A stretch of 64,000 nucleotides of DNA, taken from the IMG/VR virus record IMGVR_UViG_3300042458_002038, positions 1-64,000 of that record; one strand, given 5' to 3'. The position numbers and the translations under genes were made by a program. Below are positions 17,691 to 27,853 of this stretch, in pieces. Source of the stretch: a virus. The stretch's first letter is position 1. Each line of letters opens with the position of its first letter. The notes under the pieces were generated by a model. It saw nothing but the letters and a program-made list of their open reading frames with translations, was not told the origin of the DNA and searched no databases.

Positions 17691-19018
17691 ATGATTTGAT
17701 ACCATGCAAGGCTGCCTGTATATTTTGTGTTTGTGCCAGTCGATGTAATTGCAACAGTATACGTATCAGACACTCCAGCTATAGTTCTACCAATTTGTAA
17801 TGTAACATCGGCAGCCAGTGTGGTGTTAACACTTCCACTATTACTTGTGAAATATCCAGTCTTTACCAACACACCGCCGGTGATCGTTGATACACTAGTT
17901 GTAAATTCGGCTGTGTCACAATCCGCATGTGTTGTCCATGTAGGAGCGGTGCCAAATGTAGCGTTACGAAGTAAAGCCCATTGATATGATTTGTTACTTT
18001 CTCCTAGCAATTCAATATCAGTAGGAATAATTATACCATCAGTTTTGCCTGTGGCCAATCGTATTGAAACTACATTATAGAATAATCCATCTGTGGCTGC
18101 AGTACGAAGATTGGCCGATGATATATTAGCGGTTGCTAATTGATTATATGTAATGCTAGTTGGGTTAAAACCACCTTCACTAATTACAGTATTACATACC
18201 TGTTTAATGAATGGGCTTGTAGAACCAGTGTTGGTCAATTCATATCTTATAGGCAACACCGCGGTTGTCATATAGGAAGTGGTGTTGATATTATCATTAT
18301 GGAATGTATGTGCAACAACCATTCGGCCGTCAACAATAAATCCGCAACGAACATCACCAACACCCAGCCATTCGATATCCATCCAGAATATATTTGATTT
18401 ACTAATATCTAAAATTCTGCCACTAATTCCGGTTCCGTCAAACTTATCGCCATTCCAATTTGCCTGCTCAACAGAAATTTCTGTTGAATTGCCAACTGTT
18501 GTATTTGTGCTGTCTGATCGCAATACAAATCGTAAGCCATTACCATTACGAGGCGTCACTACATCGGCGGTGCCGTTTGTTTGTTCAAGATAAATGCCAT
18601 TATCACTGCTAAAATAACCGATTCGTTGCGTAACTGTTTTTGATCCGGTTGTGGTACGGGCACTGAAAGCAAAACTATTCATTAAGAGCAATGATTTTCC
18701 TGGCTGATAAGGAAATACAACATTGCTTTGTCTCGTCACAGTTCCAGCACCGGCTGGCGCCTTTAAGTCAACAGCGCTTTCACTTTGTATATAAGCTACT
18801 GCACCAGTTCCGGTAAGAACATTATTCCATTTTTTATTTTCTGAATATCGATGCTGACTATCAAATAATGTATAAGGTTCAGCCACACGAAGGCGCCCAA
18901 ACCCGTCAGATGCTGTTGAGGTTGCAGTTGCAGCACTTGAAGAATTGCTGGTAAACCCATAGTCAAGATAATCCTCAATCTTACGAGACAACGTGCGAGG
19001 AGCGGTATAGTGTGGCAT
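17687..19018 (-). CDS. virion structural protein (beta-rich)
   Basis: DGFGRLRVAEPYTLFDS, YQPGKS, WLGVG.VR motifs; late promoter at 19026-19033. Confidence 0.65.
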   Translation of the reverse strand: MPHYTAPRTLSRKIEDYLDYGFTSNSSSAATATSTASDGFGRLRVAEPYTLFDSQHRYSENKKWNNVLTGTGAVAYIQSESAVDLKAPAGAGTVTRQSNVVFPYQPGKSLLLMNSFAFSARTTTGSKTVTQRIGYFSSDNGIYLEQTNGTADVVTPRNGNGLRFVLRSDSTNTTVGNSTEISVEQANWNGDKFDGTGISGRILDISKSNIFWMDIEWLGVGDVRCGFIVDGRMVVAHTFHNDNINTTSYMTTAVLPIRYELTNTGSTSPFIKQVCNTVISEGGFNPTSITYNQLATANISSANLRTAATDGLFYNVVSIRLATGKTDGIIIPTDIELLGESNKSYQWALLRNATFGTAPTWTTHADCDTAEFTTSVSTITGGVLVKTGYFTSNSGSVNTTLAADVTLQIGRTIAGVSDTYTVAITSTGTNTKYTGSLAWYQII

Positions 19019-19034
19019 AACAATCTATTTATAA

Positions 19035-19805
19035 TTAAGCACAGCTTTTAACCATCTTTGCTTCTTCATCGCGGCGTGTAAGTAATCCATCCAAACCTTT
19101 GCCAACCCAAAGACGTTTCATATCAACGATTTGATCTGCAATGTAGTTGTAAATGTCGGCACGATTGGCAGCAATCGCATTCTTGATGTTTAACATTTCA
19201 GCACGTGAACTGCCAGTTGTGCTGCCACCACGATTAAATACCAAACTTACAAGTGCGCCAAAGGCGTCCTCGTGTAGTCGTTCAGAGCCTGGGAATGCAC
19301 GAACAGTTTCCTTGATAAAGCGCGGTAGTGTATTGCTTTTGAATACAACTTCAGCATCTTCCCAAGGTATACTAATATCTTTAACACTACTGATTGCAGC
19401 CTTTGCAGCGCCACTCTTTTTGCCAAGGTGTGACACAAGGCGACCATAATCCGAATCGCTCAATACACCTTTCCAGTCGTCTGCAAATTGAGCAGTAGTA
19501 TTGTAACCCATATCATAACCAATACCAATGGTAACACCACTTTCACCACCTGGGTAACATGGGTGCTTCAATGCTTTATTGTAATAGCTTGCCCCTCCAC
19601 CCACTTCATACTTAAGAATAAGTTTATAGGCAGCGTCACCAATACCAACAACGGTTGAGGTTGATACTGGTGCAACAGTAGCTGCAGCTACACCAATCTT
19701 AGCTGCAATAGCAGTCCATGTGTGTGCGCCGTCAACACCATCAGCATCCAAACCCAATGCAGCTTGAACACTCTTAACAATTTGTTTTCTTCCGTCGAAT
19801 TGCAT
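19035..19805 (-). CDS. endolysin: peptidoglycan-binding domain plus lysozyme-like domain
   Basis: VQAALGLDADGVDG..TW; YE..PGGESGVTIGIGYDMG; ALVSLVFNRG; GLLTRRDEEA. Confidence 0.85.
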   Translation of the reverse strand: MQFDGRKQIVKSVQAALGLDADGVDGAHTWTAIAAKIGVAAATVAPVSTSTVVGIGDAAYKLILKYEVGGGASYYNKALKHPCYPGGESGVTIGIGYDMGYNTTAQFADDWKGVLSDSDYGRLVSHLGKKSGAAKAAISSVKDISIPWEDAEVVFKSNTLPRFIKETVRAFPGSERLHEDAFGALVSLVFNRGGSTTGSSRAEMLNIKNAIAANRADIYNYIADQIVDMKRLWVGKGLDGLLTRRDEEAKMVKSCA

Positions 19806-19832
19806 TTATTTTGTAATTTATGAATTTTATCC

Positions 19833-19861
19833 TTTACAAGTTTAATGTCATATGGTATAAT
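19833..19861 (+). promoter_or_regulatory. counter-oriented sigma70-type promoter
   Basis: TTTACA-N17-TATAAT with TG at the extended -10 position, on + strand in a non-coding gap. Confidence 0.7.
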
Positions 19862-19999
19862 ACTTTATACGAAATGGTGCAATATTGTATACCATATGAT
19901 ACGTTAAGGTTGCTTAATTAAACAATCTTGTTACATCAGTTGTTACCGTAGGTTCCCGAAGGGAGTACCGTTGCAATAGAGAAAGAACCATTAGACTGT

Positions 20000-20767
20000 T
20001 TATGCCGCAGGTGTTTTAGCGTCACGAGCAGTCTTCTTTAGTTTGTTTAATATTGCGCTATCGCCTGTAATCATACTAACCAATAGAACAAGAGTATCAC
20101 CAATGATTTTCTTTTGTTCTTGAGTTGGAGGATGACCGCCTTCAATAGCTTTCATACCAAGAGCTGCTTTATTTGCATCGCCTGGAGTTAACAATCCAAG
20201 GATAGCCAACTGTTTGAATTTATAATAGTCAACTTCTTCGTCAAGTTGAGTTCCTTCGGTTTCAAACTCTTCGTTTTGCGCAGCATAATAAGCACCTAGT
20301 GCCATCTTGATGCGTTCCTTTTTACTCTTGCCTTCAAAACGTGGATCGGCACTCTTTACAAAATCGCTAATCCATACACCTGCATCATCGTCTGCGCTCA
20401 ACTTCTCTTCAAGTGTTTCCTCAGTAACATTCTTCTTTTGTTGAACGGCAATTTTTTGAATACTTTTGATTGCATCGCCCATATGACCATATTCATATAC
20501 TTGATTGCCGCTAACTACAATATAAACATCGTCTTCAAGAATAGCAAACCATACGTCTGCCCACTTGCCAGCACGCATTGGAATACCAAACAAGTTAAGA
20601 ATATCTTCTTTTGGAACACCTTTAAAGCCACGCAGGTCATTGCCTGTAGCCGCTTCAAAACCGAGCCCACGCAATGTGGTATTAAGAATCTTCCATGCGG
20701 TACCTTCTGTCAAGTTGGCGTCTTCAACAATGGAAGCTGAATTTAAGATTTGTGATAGTGTTTTCAT
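20000..20767 (-). CDS. putative internal head protein
   Basis: MKTLSQIL leader; multiple L/V-x-E sites; WISDFVKSADPRF.GKSKKERIKMALGAYY motif. Confidence 0.65.
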   Translation of the reverse strand: MKTLSQILNSASIVEDANLTEGTAWKILNTTLRGLGFEAATGNDLRGFKGVPKEDILNLFGIPMRAGKWADVWFAILEDDVYIVVSGNQVYEYGHMGDAIKSIQKIAVQQKKNVTEETLEEKLSADDDAGVWISDFVKSADPRFEGKSKKERIKMALGAYYAAQNEEFETEGTQLDEEVDYYKFKQLAILGLLTPGDANKAALGMKAIEGGHPPTQEQKKIIGDTLVLLVSMITGDSAILNKLKKTARDAKTPAA

Positions 20768-21447
20768 AAGAGTGTGAATTGTTTTGGGATTGAGATGTAG
20801 TTGGTTGTTTTATTGTAAAAAGCAATAGGATGTTGAGTAGCACCTGGGAGATCTTCAACTTGTAGCCGCAATAGGTTAGAGGTTTGGCCAGCAACCCAGC
20901 GGCCATGGTAGGTATCACCTACTCTGCACCCGCCATGGCTTTCAACGCAGCGAATCTTAAAGCATTCACCTTCAACAATACCGCCTTCTTCATAGGAGTC
21001 TGGTGTATTTGCTTCAATGAATGCGTGATACTTTTCTTTAATATCAAGAATGCTAAGGCTTTCAAAGTCGCCTGTGCTTTCAACAAAGGATGTGATCAAG
21101 TCATCATACGGACTATTTGTTGCAAGTTCAACAATACGCTTTTGGCGGGCGGTTTGTAAAGAGGATGTTTCAATGCTTTCAGGCATGACACTGCCAAACT
21201 CATTTGTTTCAATTCTACCAGAGAGCGGATTTTTAAATTTCACAGTATACATTGGGCCTACATCTCCAGCGTGAACACTTTTTTCTTTGTGATCAATCTT
21301 AAGGATTTTACCTTTGGCTGTAACCTCAGGACTTGTAGTTTTACCAGTTGACCAATTGTATGATCCACTGCTAACCGTAACTTTTACGGCGTCACCTACT
21401 TTAAGATTTGCAGAAGATTTAACTTCAGATAATTGATTTTCTTTCAT
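20764..21447 (-). CDS. hypothetical protein
   Basis: Coupled ORF in late operon. Confidence 0.6.
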   Translation of the reverse strand: MKENQLSEVKSSANLKVGDAVKVTVSSGSYNWSTGKTTSPEVTAKGKILKIDHKEKSVHAGDVGPMYTVKFKNPLSGRIETNEFGSVMPESIETSSLQTARQKRIVELATNSPYDDLITSFVESTGDFESLSILDIKEKYHAFIEANTPDSYEEGGIVEGECFKIRCVESHGGCRVGDTYHGRWVAGQTSNLLRLQVEDLPGATQHPIAFYNKTTNYISIPKQFTLL

Positions 21448-22280
21448 ATTGTTTGTTCTAAGGTTAGGCGGAGATCCGCAACAAAAATTTTACTTTCATC
21501 TAGTGTATGTAGGTTCTTACACACCACATAGTTTGGTTTCTTTTCCAATACCATCAGTTCAGCTTCTCCGGTTTTGACGCTGTATATTACATCGCCTTTG
21601 TTGAAAATCTCGCCAGCAATATAGCGCTCGCGATTTTCTGAAATGGGTACAAATTGTACATGCTTGCGAAAGTTGTGGCTTTCTTTAAGTCCCAATCCAA
21701 CTCGCACTGCATTAAACAATTCTTTAACTTCACCAAATGTTTTGGGCACGCCTTTTGCAAAAGCTTCAAGGTCATTGTCTGCAGCGGCTGCTCGCATTTT
21801 GCTAGCGCTCATGCCGCTTACGCCTTCGCTATCAGGATCGCGTTCTCCAGCACTCTTTACTTCAATGCCATCACGGAATGTATAGTAACCATGGCCAGCT
21901 TTAACAGCATCATATTTGTTTAGCAGCTTGGTGAATTCATCAATACGGTCACTGCCAACAACGAGTGTCAGTTTGGTATATCCAGCTTCATATGCTTTGA
22001 CCGCAACATCAAATACATTCTTTACACCTTTATCGGATATAATGCTGCGTCCATATTGTGGAAACATTTTGCGAAGAAACTTGATCTTTTCTTCATAGGC
22101 CAATGGATTTTTAAGGTCATGGCTTTGAGATGAATAGATTAGAAAGTTTTTACCTTTTGCAATTTTTGAGACCGCATCAAATAATTTTTCATGGCCAATA
22201 GTTGGTGGATTGTATCGCCCAAAGGTAACTACTACGCCATTAGTGCGTTCTTCAGTAAATGACTTAAAGGACTTGATCAT
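21444..22280 (-). CDS. HIGH-family nucleotidyltransferase (cytidyltransferase-like)
   Basis: FGRYNPPTIGHEKL, VVGSDR, MSASKMR; MIKSFKSFTEE leader. Confidence 0.85.
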   Translation of the reverse strand: MIKSFKSFTEERTNGVVVTFGRYNPPTIGHEKLFDAVSKIAKGKNFLIYSSQSHDLKNPLAYEEKIKFLRKMFPQYGRSIISDKGVKNVFDVAVKAYEAGYTKLTLVVGSDRIDEFTKLLNKYDAVKAGHGYYTFRDGIEVKSAGERDPDSEGVSGMSASKMRAAAADNDLEAFAKGVPKTFGEVKELFNAVRVGLGLKESHNFRKHVQFVPISENRERYIAGEIFNKGDVIYSVKTGEAELMVLEKKPNYVVCKNLHTLDESKIFVADLRLTLEQTI

Positions 22281-22288
22281 ATTATGAT

Positions 22289-22516
22289 TTATAGGCTATC
22301 ATCAACCGCTGTCAATGCGTCAAATTGTGCTTCAAGAGATTCATCACAAACACAAGGTTCACAATCGCATTCTGCACACTTGTCCTCAACAGCTTCGCCA
22401 AGTAGTCCACGGCGCCGCTTTTTATATTGGTAGGCAATCAATCCGATGGCGTCATCCCAAGACCCTTCGGTCTGGTCAACTACCATCAAGTCACGAAATG
22501 AAAACGGTTTACTCAT
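22289..22516 (-). CDS. hypothetical late protein
   Basis: Late promoter at 22524-22531; Cys-rich C-terminal part. Confidence 0.55.
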   Translation of the reverse strand: MSKPFSFRDLMVVDQTEGSWDDAIGLIAYQYKKRRRGLLGEAVEDKCAECDCEPCVCDESLEAQFDALTAVDDSL

Positions 22517-22531
22517 AGTATTATATTTATA

Positions 22532-23203
22532 TTAGCGTCCTACTGCACCTTTCTGTGCATATTTAAGTTCCATCGCATTGCCAATATATTCTGCTTTGAC
22601 TTTACTCAGGCCCTTTTTAAGTTTGCTTTTAACATCTGCTTCGCTGCCACCAATTGCCATCAGGAAACTGTCAACGGTGCCTTCACCAGCATGGAAGCTA
22701 TAGTCATATGACGTATTGCCAATCACTTCACTCGGCAATGCTTTCCAGGTTGCTTCATCAACTATAAAACGATACTTTTCGGTAGGACGTACCACACCTA
22801 CATGAGTGTATGTTTCTTTAACTTCATCAATCAATGCATATTTTTCTGGGCTGCTTTGATATGCCGGCAATTCCACCATCTGTTTTGAAAGAGCAAGTAG
22901 TGTTTTGCTCTTGGGAGTAAAGAGATCAAGCATATAACTAAATACCGTAAAACGCAGGTCGTTTGCTTTATAGAATTTCTCCCATTGTTTGTCAATAAAC
23001 ATACCATCTGTACCTCCACCAGCGCCTTCAGTAGGGTCAATGTATTCAGCAAAGTTACCATACTTGTGGTCGATCTTTTGCGTTTCATACCGCAGCTCAG
23101 TTGCATTGATGCTAGATGCTGTTACCATATCACCAAACTTATGGGCTGTGCCTTCAAGTATAGCTCGTGCTATATTTACCAATGGGTCGTCTTGTATATT
23201 CAT
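22532..23203 (-). CDS. hypothetical protein
   Basis: Coupled ORF, ILE|G site near N-terminus. Confidence 0.6.
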   Translation of the reverse strand: MNIQDDPLVNIARAILEGTAHKFGDMVTASSINATELRYETQKIDHKYGNFAEYIDPTEGAGGGTDGMFIDKQWEKFYKANDLRFTVFSYMLDLFTPKSKTLLALSKQMVELPAYQSSPEKYALIDEVKETYTHVGVVRPTEKYRFIVDEATWKALPSEVIGNTSYDYSFHAGEGTVDSFLMAIGGSEADVKSKLKKGLSKVKAEYIGNAMELKYAQKGAVGR

Positions 23204-24438
23204 TTTTGCCAGCCTTTGATTATGTTTGGATCGAAATTGTTTTTACTAAATGTCATGCGGTCGACCAGTTTGACTGCGCCGCCTTTAAGATGGTCAATAG
23301 CAACAAAGCCTTCTTGACTGGTTACGCGGAATCCATCACTTGTTTTGACAAAGGTATTTATCTTTTTAAGGCTGTCAAGCTTTTGTATAATAATCAACTT
23401 GGCCTTGACAATAGCATTTTGTAACTGATACATCAAGTCAAGATTTGCTTTATTGGAAGCATTGAAAAATGCTAGGTAAGCATCTTTGCGCGCGCTTGCC
23501 GCAGCCTGACCTTTTTCACTTTTCTTGCTTGCTACATCAGCATCAAACTTTTTGGTTGCCCATGCAATAAGTCCATTTACATGAGCCTTTGTATCGGTTA
23601 CGGTTTCTCCTTTGCGAACGTATGTGTTGTTGTATGTTTCAAGAGTAGTTGCAAATTCAGCATCCTGTTCGATAGCTTTTAGAGTGGTGCTGCTAATCTT
23701 TTGAAAGATCTTACCTGCTTCAGATAGTGCAGCCGTAACTTGTGCCGTATCAGCTGCTGTCAGTGTAGCCTTACCGCTCAGGTCATGGATGGTTGCATCT
23801 TGATACCATACACTAGGCAACTTTTTAAGAGATCGTGTGTCAACGCCATAACTAGCAGTCATACTCTCAAAACTACTGCCATTGTATGATGTGTGAAATA
23901 CAATGCCAAGATTTGCCTTCTTTAGCGTATCAGCCAATTCGCTTTCAGCTGGGACAGCATATGCAATGGTATTGGGTTGAAACACAACATACTTTTCTCC
24001 TTCAATACTAACCTTTTTTAGGTCACCTTTGGTAAACATCAGGTCGCCTTGTATAACATTCTTAATACCGAGTTTCTTTAGTTCGACGTAAGCAACACTC
24101 AGTTTGTCAGCAAGTTCGCCACTTGTGTCTGCTTTTACATCAGCTATACTTTTATATACCTTTGGGTTCTTATTGAAGATACCTTTCTTAGCTACGAAGA
24201 ATTGTCCGTCACTTGGATCAACGCCACAGAACACGGCCGGAGCACCATCCCATTTGACAGTAACATCAACTGCTCCATTGCTGTTGCCAGCCAACATATC
24301 ACGCAGGCTGCGCAGTGCATTGATTGCATCCCGCGTTCCTTCAACACCTCCGTATAATACAGCATCCTCAAGATGCATAAGATGAACATTTTTACCAGGT
24401 GTGGTGGATTCAGACAGATATTCTTTAAATGATTTCAT
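23200..24438 (-). CDS. conserved T4-like protein (DUF6267-like) with ligase-superfamily motifs
   Basis: TVKWDGAP (KxDG), IQGDLMF, EGFV, AVKLVDR; MKSFKEYLSE leader. Confidence 0.7.
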   Translation of the reverse strand: MKSFKEYLSESTTPGKNVHLMHLEDAVLYGGVEGTRDAINALRSLRDMLAGNSNGAVDVTVKWDGAPAVFCGVDPSDGQFFVAKKGIFNKNPKVYKSIADVKADTSGELADKLSVAYVELKKLGIKNVIQGDLMFTKGDLKKVSIEGEKYVVFQPNTIAYAVPAESELADTLKKANLGIVFHTSYNGSSFESMTASYGVDTRSLKKLPSVWYQDATIHDLSGKATLTAADTAQVTAALSEAGKIFQKISSTTLKAIEQDAEFATTLETYNNTYVRKGETVTDTKAHVNGLIAWATKKFDADVASKKSEKGQAAASARKDAYLAFFNASNKANLDLMYQLQNAIVKAKLIIIQKLDSLKKINTFVKTSDGFRVTSQEGFVAIDHLKGGAVKLVDRMTFSKNNFDPNIIKGWQK

Positions 24439-25085
24439 TGTTTATTTTTAAATTTTCTTCCTTTATAAAAGCCATCCGGTTGAGTTCCTTCGGTAACATA
24501 TATGCTTAATGTTCCGTCAGTATACCATTTTAAATTCTTTTCTTTTACAATAGATCTACCAGCCATTGGATTTTTATCTCCGCTAAAGTCACGTTTTTCA
24601 GCAATACCTTTTTTAATTGCTTCTCGTCTAGCAATGGATTCTTCAGCTGTTAAATTTGCCCATGATTCAGTTACGCTTTTTGATACTTTATCACGCCATT
24701 TTGGATCGTCATATACGTCACGAGATAGCTTTGAATTGCAAAAATGGCCATTCCAATTTCTATTAGTTTTTCGTTCTGATTCCGATAGGGTTGACCAGTA
24801 TGATTTTAATAATTCAGAATTACCACCCATTCCACCTTTATTTAAATTATAAAAGTCTTTAGATTCAACGGCATTATATTTAATAATCCAATAATCTTCA
24901 GCCTTGCATAATTCTTCAAATGTAAAACATTCTTGCAGTATTTGTCTTTTAAAATTTTCTTTACCGTATTTTTTAATGCTCTGTTTTAGTAATGTACCGC
25001 TACCTAAATAATTAGGTGCCTCGCGTGTGCACATTCCAATATATTTCTTATTGTTAATTACGTTGGTAGTGAGGTATATAAACAT
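24435..25085 (-). CDS. GIY-YIG (Seg-like) homing endonuclease
   Basis: FIYLTTNVINNKKYIG, YLGSG, KYGKENF, FYNL..GG; late promoter at 25091-25098. Confidence 0.88.
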   Translation of the reverse strand: MFIYLTTNVINNKKYIGMCTREAPNYLGSGTLLKQSIKKYGKENFKRQILQECFTFEELCKAEDYWIIKYNAVESKDFYNLNKGGMGGNSELLKSYWSTLSESERKTNRNWNGHFCNSKLSRDVYDDPKWRDKVSKSVTESWANLTAEESIARREAIKKGIAEKRDFSGDKNPMAGRSIVKEKNLKWYTDGTLSIYVTEGTQPDGFYKGRKFKNKQ

Positions 25086-25154
25086 AATGTTATTTATAAT
25101 ATACCCACATTGAAGACGCTAGCTTCGGCTATGTGTTGTTTAAATGATAACATA

Positions 25155-26462
25155 TTATTCTAATTTGATAAAAGGTGCGCTCAAGTCTGAACTGCTGCTT
25201 GCATATTGAATGCATGAAGTAATAAAATCATCTTCGCGATGACTGCTCTTGACTATATCTATAAGCTGACATCCTAGGAATTTGCTAAAGGCCCAGCTAA
25301 CACCTTTGGCTTTACATTCTTCAACGAATGCGTTGTATTGCAACTTTGAAGAGTCCATCGAATAGCGTGTATAATTCTCGTAAAACTCTTTATACGTTTT
25401 CTCATCGCTTTCAGCCAATGCTTTACGTAAAGTTTTGATGTCAATCAGTTGCGGCAATCGAAGGTGACGCAATACAGTTTGAATTGGACCATAGCTAAGT
25501 TTACCTTGATTAGCATTCTTCCCTTTGATTTCGCCTTGGAAAGTTTCAGGAAAGGTACGGAATTGTATTTTGCCATTCTGTGAGAAATACATATAGATAT
25601 CCTTACCGCTAAAGAATCCTTTATTGCCAGTTGTAAACTTGTCAAATTCAATGGTATGCTTTTCATCACCAGCATTGTAAGTTGACATCTTGACACCTCC
25701 TTTGAGCAGCTTTAGAGATACACCAACTATATCACCAGCGCGCATTGCCTCAAGAAGCAATCCATTCAATTCTATAATATTTGTAGCAGCCGCAAGTTTA
25801 ACCGCAGCACCAGCTGGCGATACCATATAGATGTCAGCTGGACTCCATTTGTTGACATTCAAAAATATCTTTTCGGCACTGTTGAGTTTCTTGAATGTTT
25901 TTTCAAGTGACTCTACCCAGTCGCTGCCACGATGGAAAGTATAATTCTTTTTGCTGTATTTTTTATGCAATGCTTCAGCACCAAGAATACAGCTATCACG
26001 CCATGCTGGTGATAAACCATTCAATATGTTTTCAAATGGTTCATCTACTTTGCAGCTGTTATATGCGCGTTCCAAATCAATAGCGGTATAGTTTTTGCTG
26101 CCAGCCCATCGGGCAGCTGCATATACGGCTTGTGCACTTTCTGTAGTACGTGTAACATCTGCACCAGCACCTTTGCCGCCTCCTCCACCAAATTCTTTGG
26201 TTTTAGCAAAGTCTTTAAGAGCGTATGTTGCATCATCTTTAGCAGAATGGAAAACAATCTTGCCTGGGTTATTTTTAGCTTTAACGTCAGCTGCAGTCTT
26301 TGCGTCATAACGCAATACCACTTCGCCACCCGCCGCTAATGTTAATGGTTGACTGTTCTTGTATTTGTCAAGAAACATGTCAACACGCCAATCATATTTG
26401 TATAGTTCGGCTGGTGCTAGGTTTGCACCTTCGGTCAAATAGTGTTGTTTAAATGATATCAT
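25155..26462 (-). CDS. putative PD-(D/E)XK-like nuclease
   Basis: ES, WSPADIY, GVSLK motifs; MISFKQHYLTE leader; N-domain shared with 26459 ORF. Confidence 0.55.
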   Translation of the reverse strand: MISFKQHYLTEGANLAPAELYKYDWRVDMFLDKYKNSQPLTLAAGGEVVLRYDAKTAADVKAKNNPGKIVFHSAKDDATYALKDFAKTKEFGGGGGKGAGADVTRTTESAQAVYAAARWAGSKNYTAIDLERAYNSCKVDEPFENILNGLSPAWRDSCILGAEALHKKYSKKNYTFHRGSDWVESLEKTFKKLNSAEKIFLNVNKWSPADIYMVSPAGAAVKLAAATNIIELNGLLLEAMRAGDIVGVSLKLLKGGVKMSTYNAGDEKHTIEFDKFTTGNKGFFSGKDIYMYFSQNGKIQFRTFPETFQGEIKGKNANQGKLSYGPIQTVLRHLRLPQLIDIKTLRKALAESDEKTYKEFYENYTRYSMDSSKLQYNAFVEECKAKGVSWAFSKFLGCQLIDIVKSSHREDDFITSCIQYASSSSDLSAPFIKLE

Positions 26463-27373
26463 TTATATTCAATTCCTTTGCGTCCACCTACTGGACTGAT
26501 TACAATGCGTGTGCCTTTTACGCCAGCATCACTACGATCACCTTTGTATATAGCCATAAGAACCGGATCATATCCATCGCCATCTACGCTATCACCATTA
26601 TAATGAACGTGATTGGCAGACAATTCATAATGCTTACCCTTCTTGACGAGTTTAACTGGTCCTTGCAACAGCATGCTAACATTTTGTTGACCAAGTGTGC
26701 CACCGTACTTATTGCCATATACACTAAGCATTTTCAACTTGTCATCTTTAATTTTACGATATAGTGTAGTAGCAGGTGGCAAACCATCAGGATAATCTCT
26801 TTTAAGATCGGCTATAAATTTTTGAGTTTCTTTGTGAGCAAAAATTGTTGGTTCTTTTGCTGAACTTATACCACCCCATTGTTGAAAGTCTTTTGCTTTA
26901 TTGCCATCTTTATGTGATAGCCAAACAATCTCTTTGCCGTCAATATCCAATAAGTGAAAGTCGCTCTTAGGAGTTCCTGCAGTACTAGCTGCACCATACA
27001 CATCATAAGTTTTATTGCCAACTTTTATTTTGATTGTAGCAGCGGCAATGTCGCTTTTTGCAGCATCAATTTGTTCTATCAAAGAAGCCAATTCGCGGTC
27101 CTCTTTAACAGTTCCGCCGCCGCTACCACGCCCACCAAATTCTGAATTTTTTGCAATATCCTTTAGCGAATATGTATTGCCTTTGCCATCAAGTAATCGT
27201 ATAGCGCTTGTGGGCAGTCTTTTGGTAATGATGTTGATAACGTCTTTAGCTGGTATGAATACCACTTTTTTGCCATTCTCCAATTCAAACGCTTCACTGT
27301 TCTTAAGTTTTTTAAGAAAAACTTCGGCACGCCAATCGTACTTATATAATTCTTTTCCGGCTAAGTTTGACAT
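26459..27373 (-). CDS. putative PD-(D/E)XK-like nuclease
   Basis: E..TPKSDF..WLSHKD..FQQWGG; late promoter at 27389-27396. Confidence 0.55.
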   Translation of the reverse strand: MSNLAGKELYKYDWRAEVFLKKLKNSEAFELENGKKVVFIPAKDVINIITKRLPTSAIRLLDGKGNTYSLKDIAKNSEFGGRGSGGGTVKEDRELASLIEQIDAAKSDIAAATIKIKVGNKTYDVYGAASTAGTPKSDFHLLDIDGKEIVWLSHKDGNKAKDFQQWGGISSAKEPTIFAHKETQKFIADLKRDYPDGLPPATTLYRKIKDDKLKMLSVYGNKYGGTLGQQNVSMLLQGPVKLVKKGKHYELSANHVHYNGDSVDGDGYDPVLMAIYKGDRSDAGVKGTRIVISPVGGRKGIEYK

Positions 27374-27391
27374 AATGTGAATTATAGTTAT

Positions 27392-27847
27392 TTATACCAA
27401 AGGGTATTTGGATATAAATGCGGCTGATAAAGCTGGCTCTAAAGTGTTTGCTTCTATTTCCCACGGGCATTCTTCATAGTCGGTATTGTCAGCATAATTT
27501 TTACCTTTCCATCGCGCACAATATCCTGAATATAACATCCTCAATTCTCCACGAGAAAACTGTTTGATATGAATCATTTCATGTGCAAGAGTGCGTATTA
27601 GAGTATCAGTATCATTATCATTATAGTCTAGACGAATTGTATAATAATCATTGTGCTGTGACGCATCCAAATCATAGCATTCACCGTATGTATTTTCATT
27701 AGCCAACATACCCTTGACCAATTTTATACGTATTTCGATGTTACGCTTACGCGGAATCAACGCCTTCAAAAAGAAAACGGCTGCAGCACCAATGCGACGT
27801 TTTAATCGCTTATCTGCGCCGCAGCCGTATATACTAAATTTAATCAC
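27392..27847 (-). CDS. HEXXH zinc metallopeptidase-like protein
   Basis: TLAHEMIHIKQ...PWEIEA. Confidence 0.75.
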   Translation of the reverse strand: MIKFSIYGCGADKRLKRRIGAAAVFFLKALIPRKRNIEIRIKLVKGMLANENTYGECYDLDASQHNDYYTIRLDYNDNDTDTLIRTLAHEMIHIKQFSRGELRMLYSGYCARWKGKNYADNTDYEECPWEIEANTLEPALSAAFISKYPLV

Positions 27848-27853
27848 TGAGGG

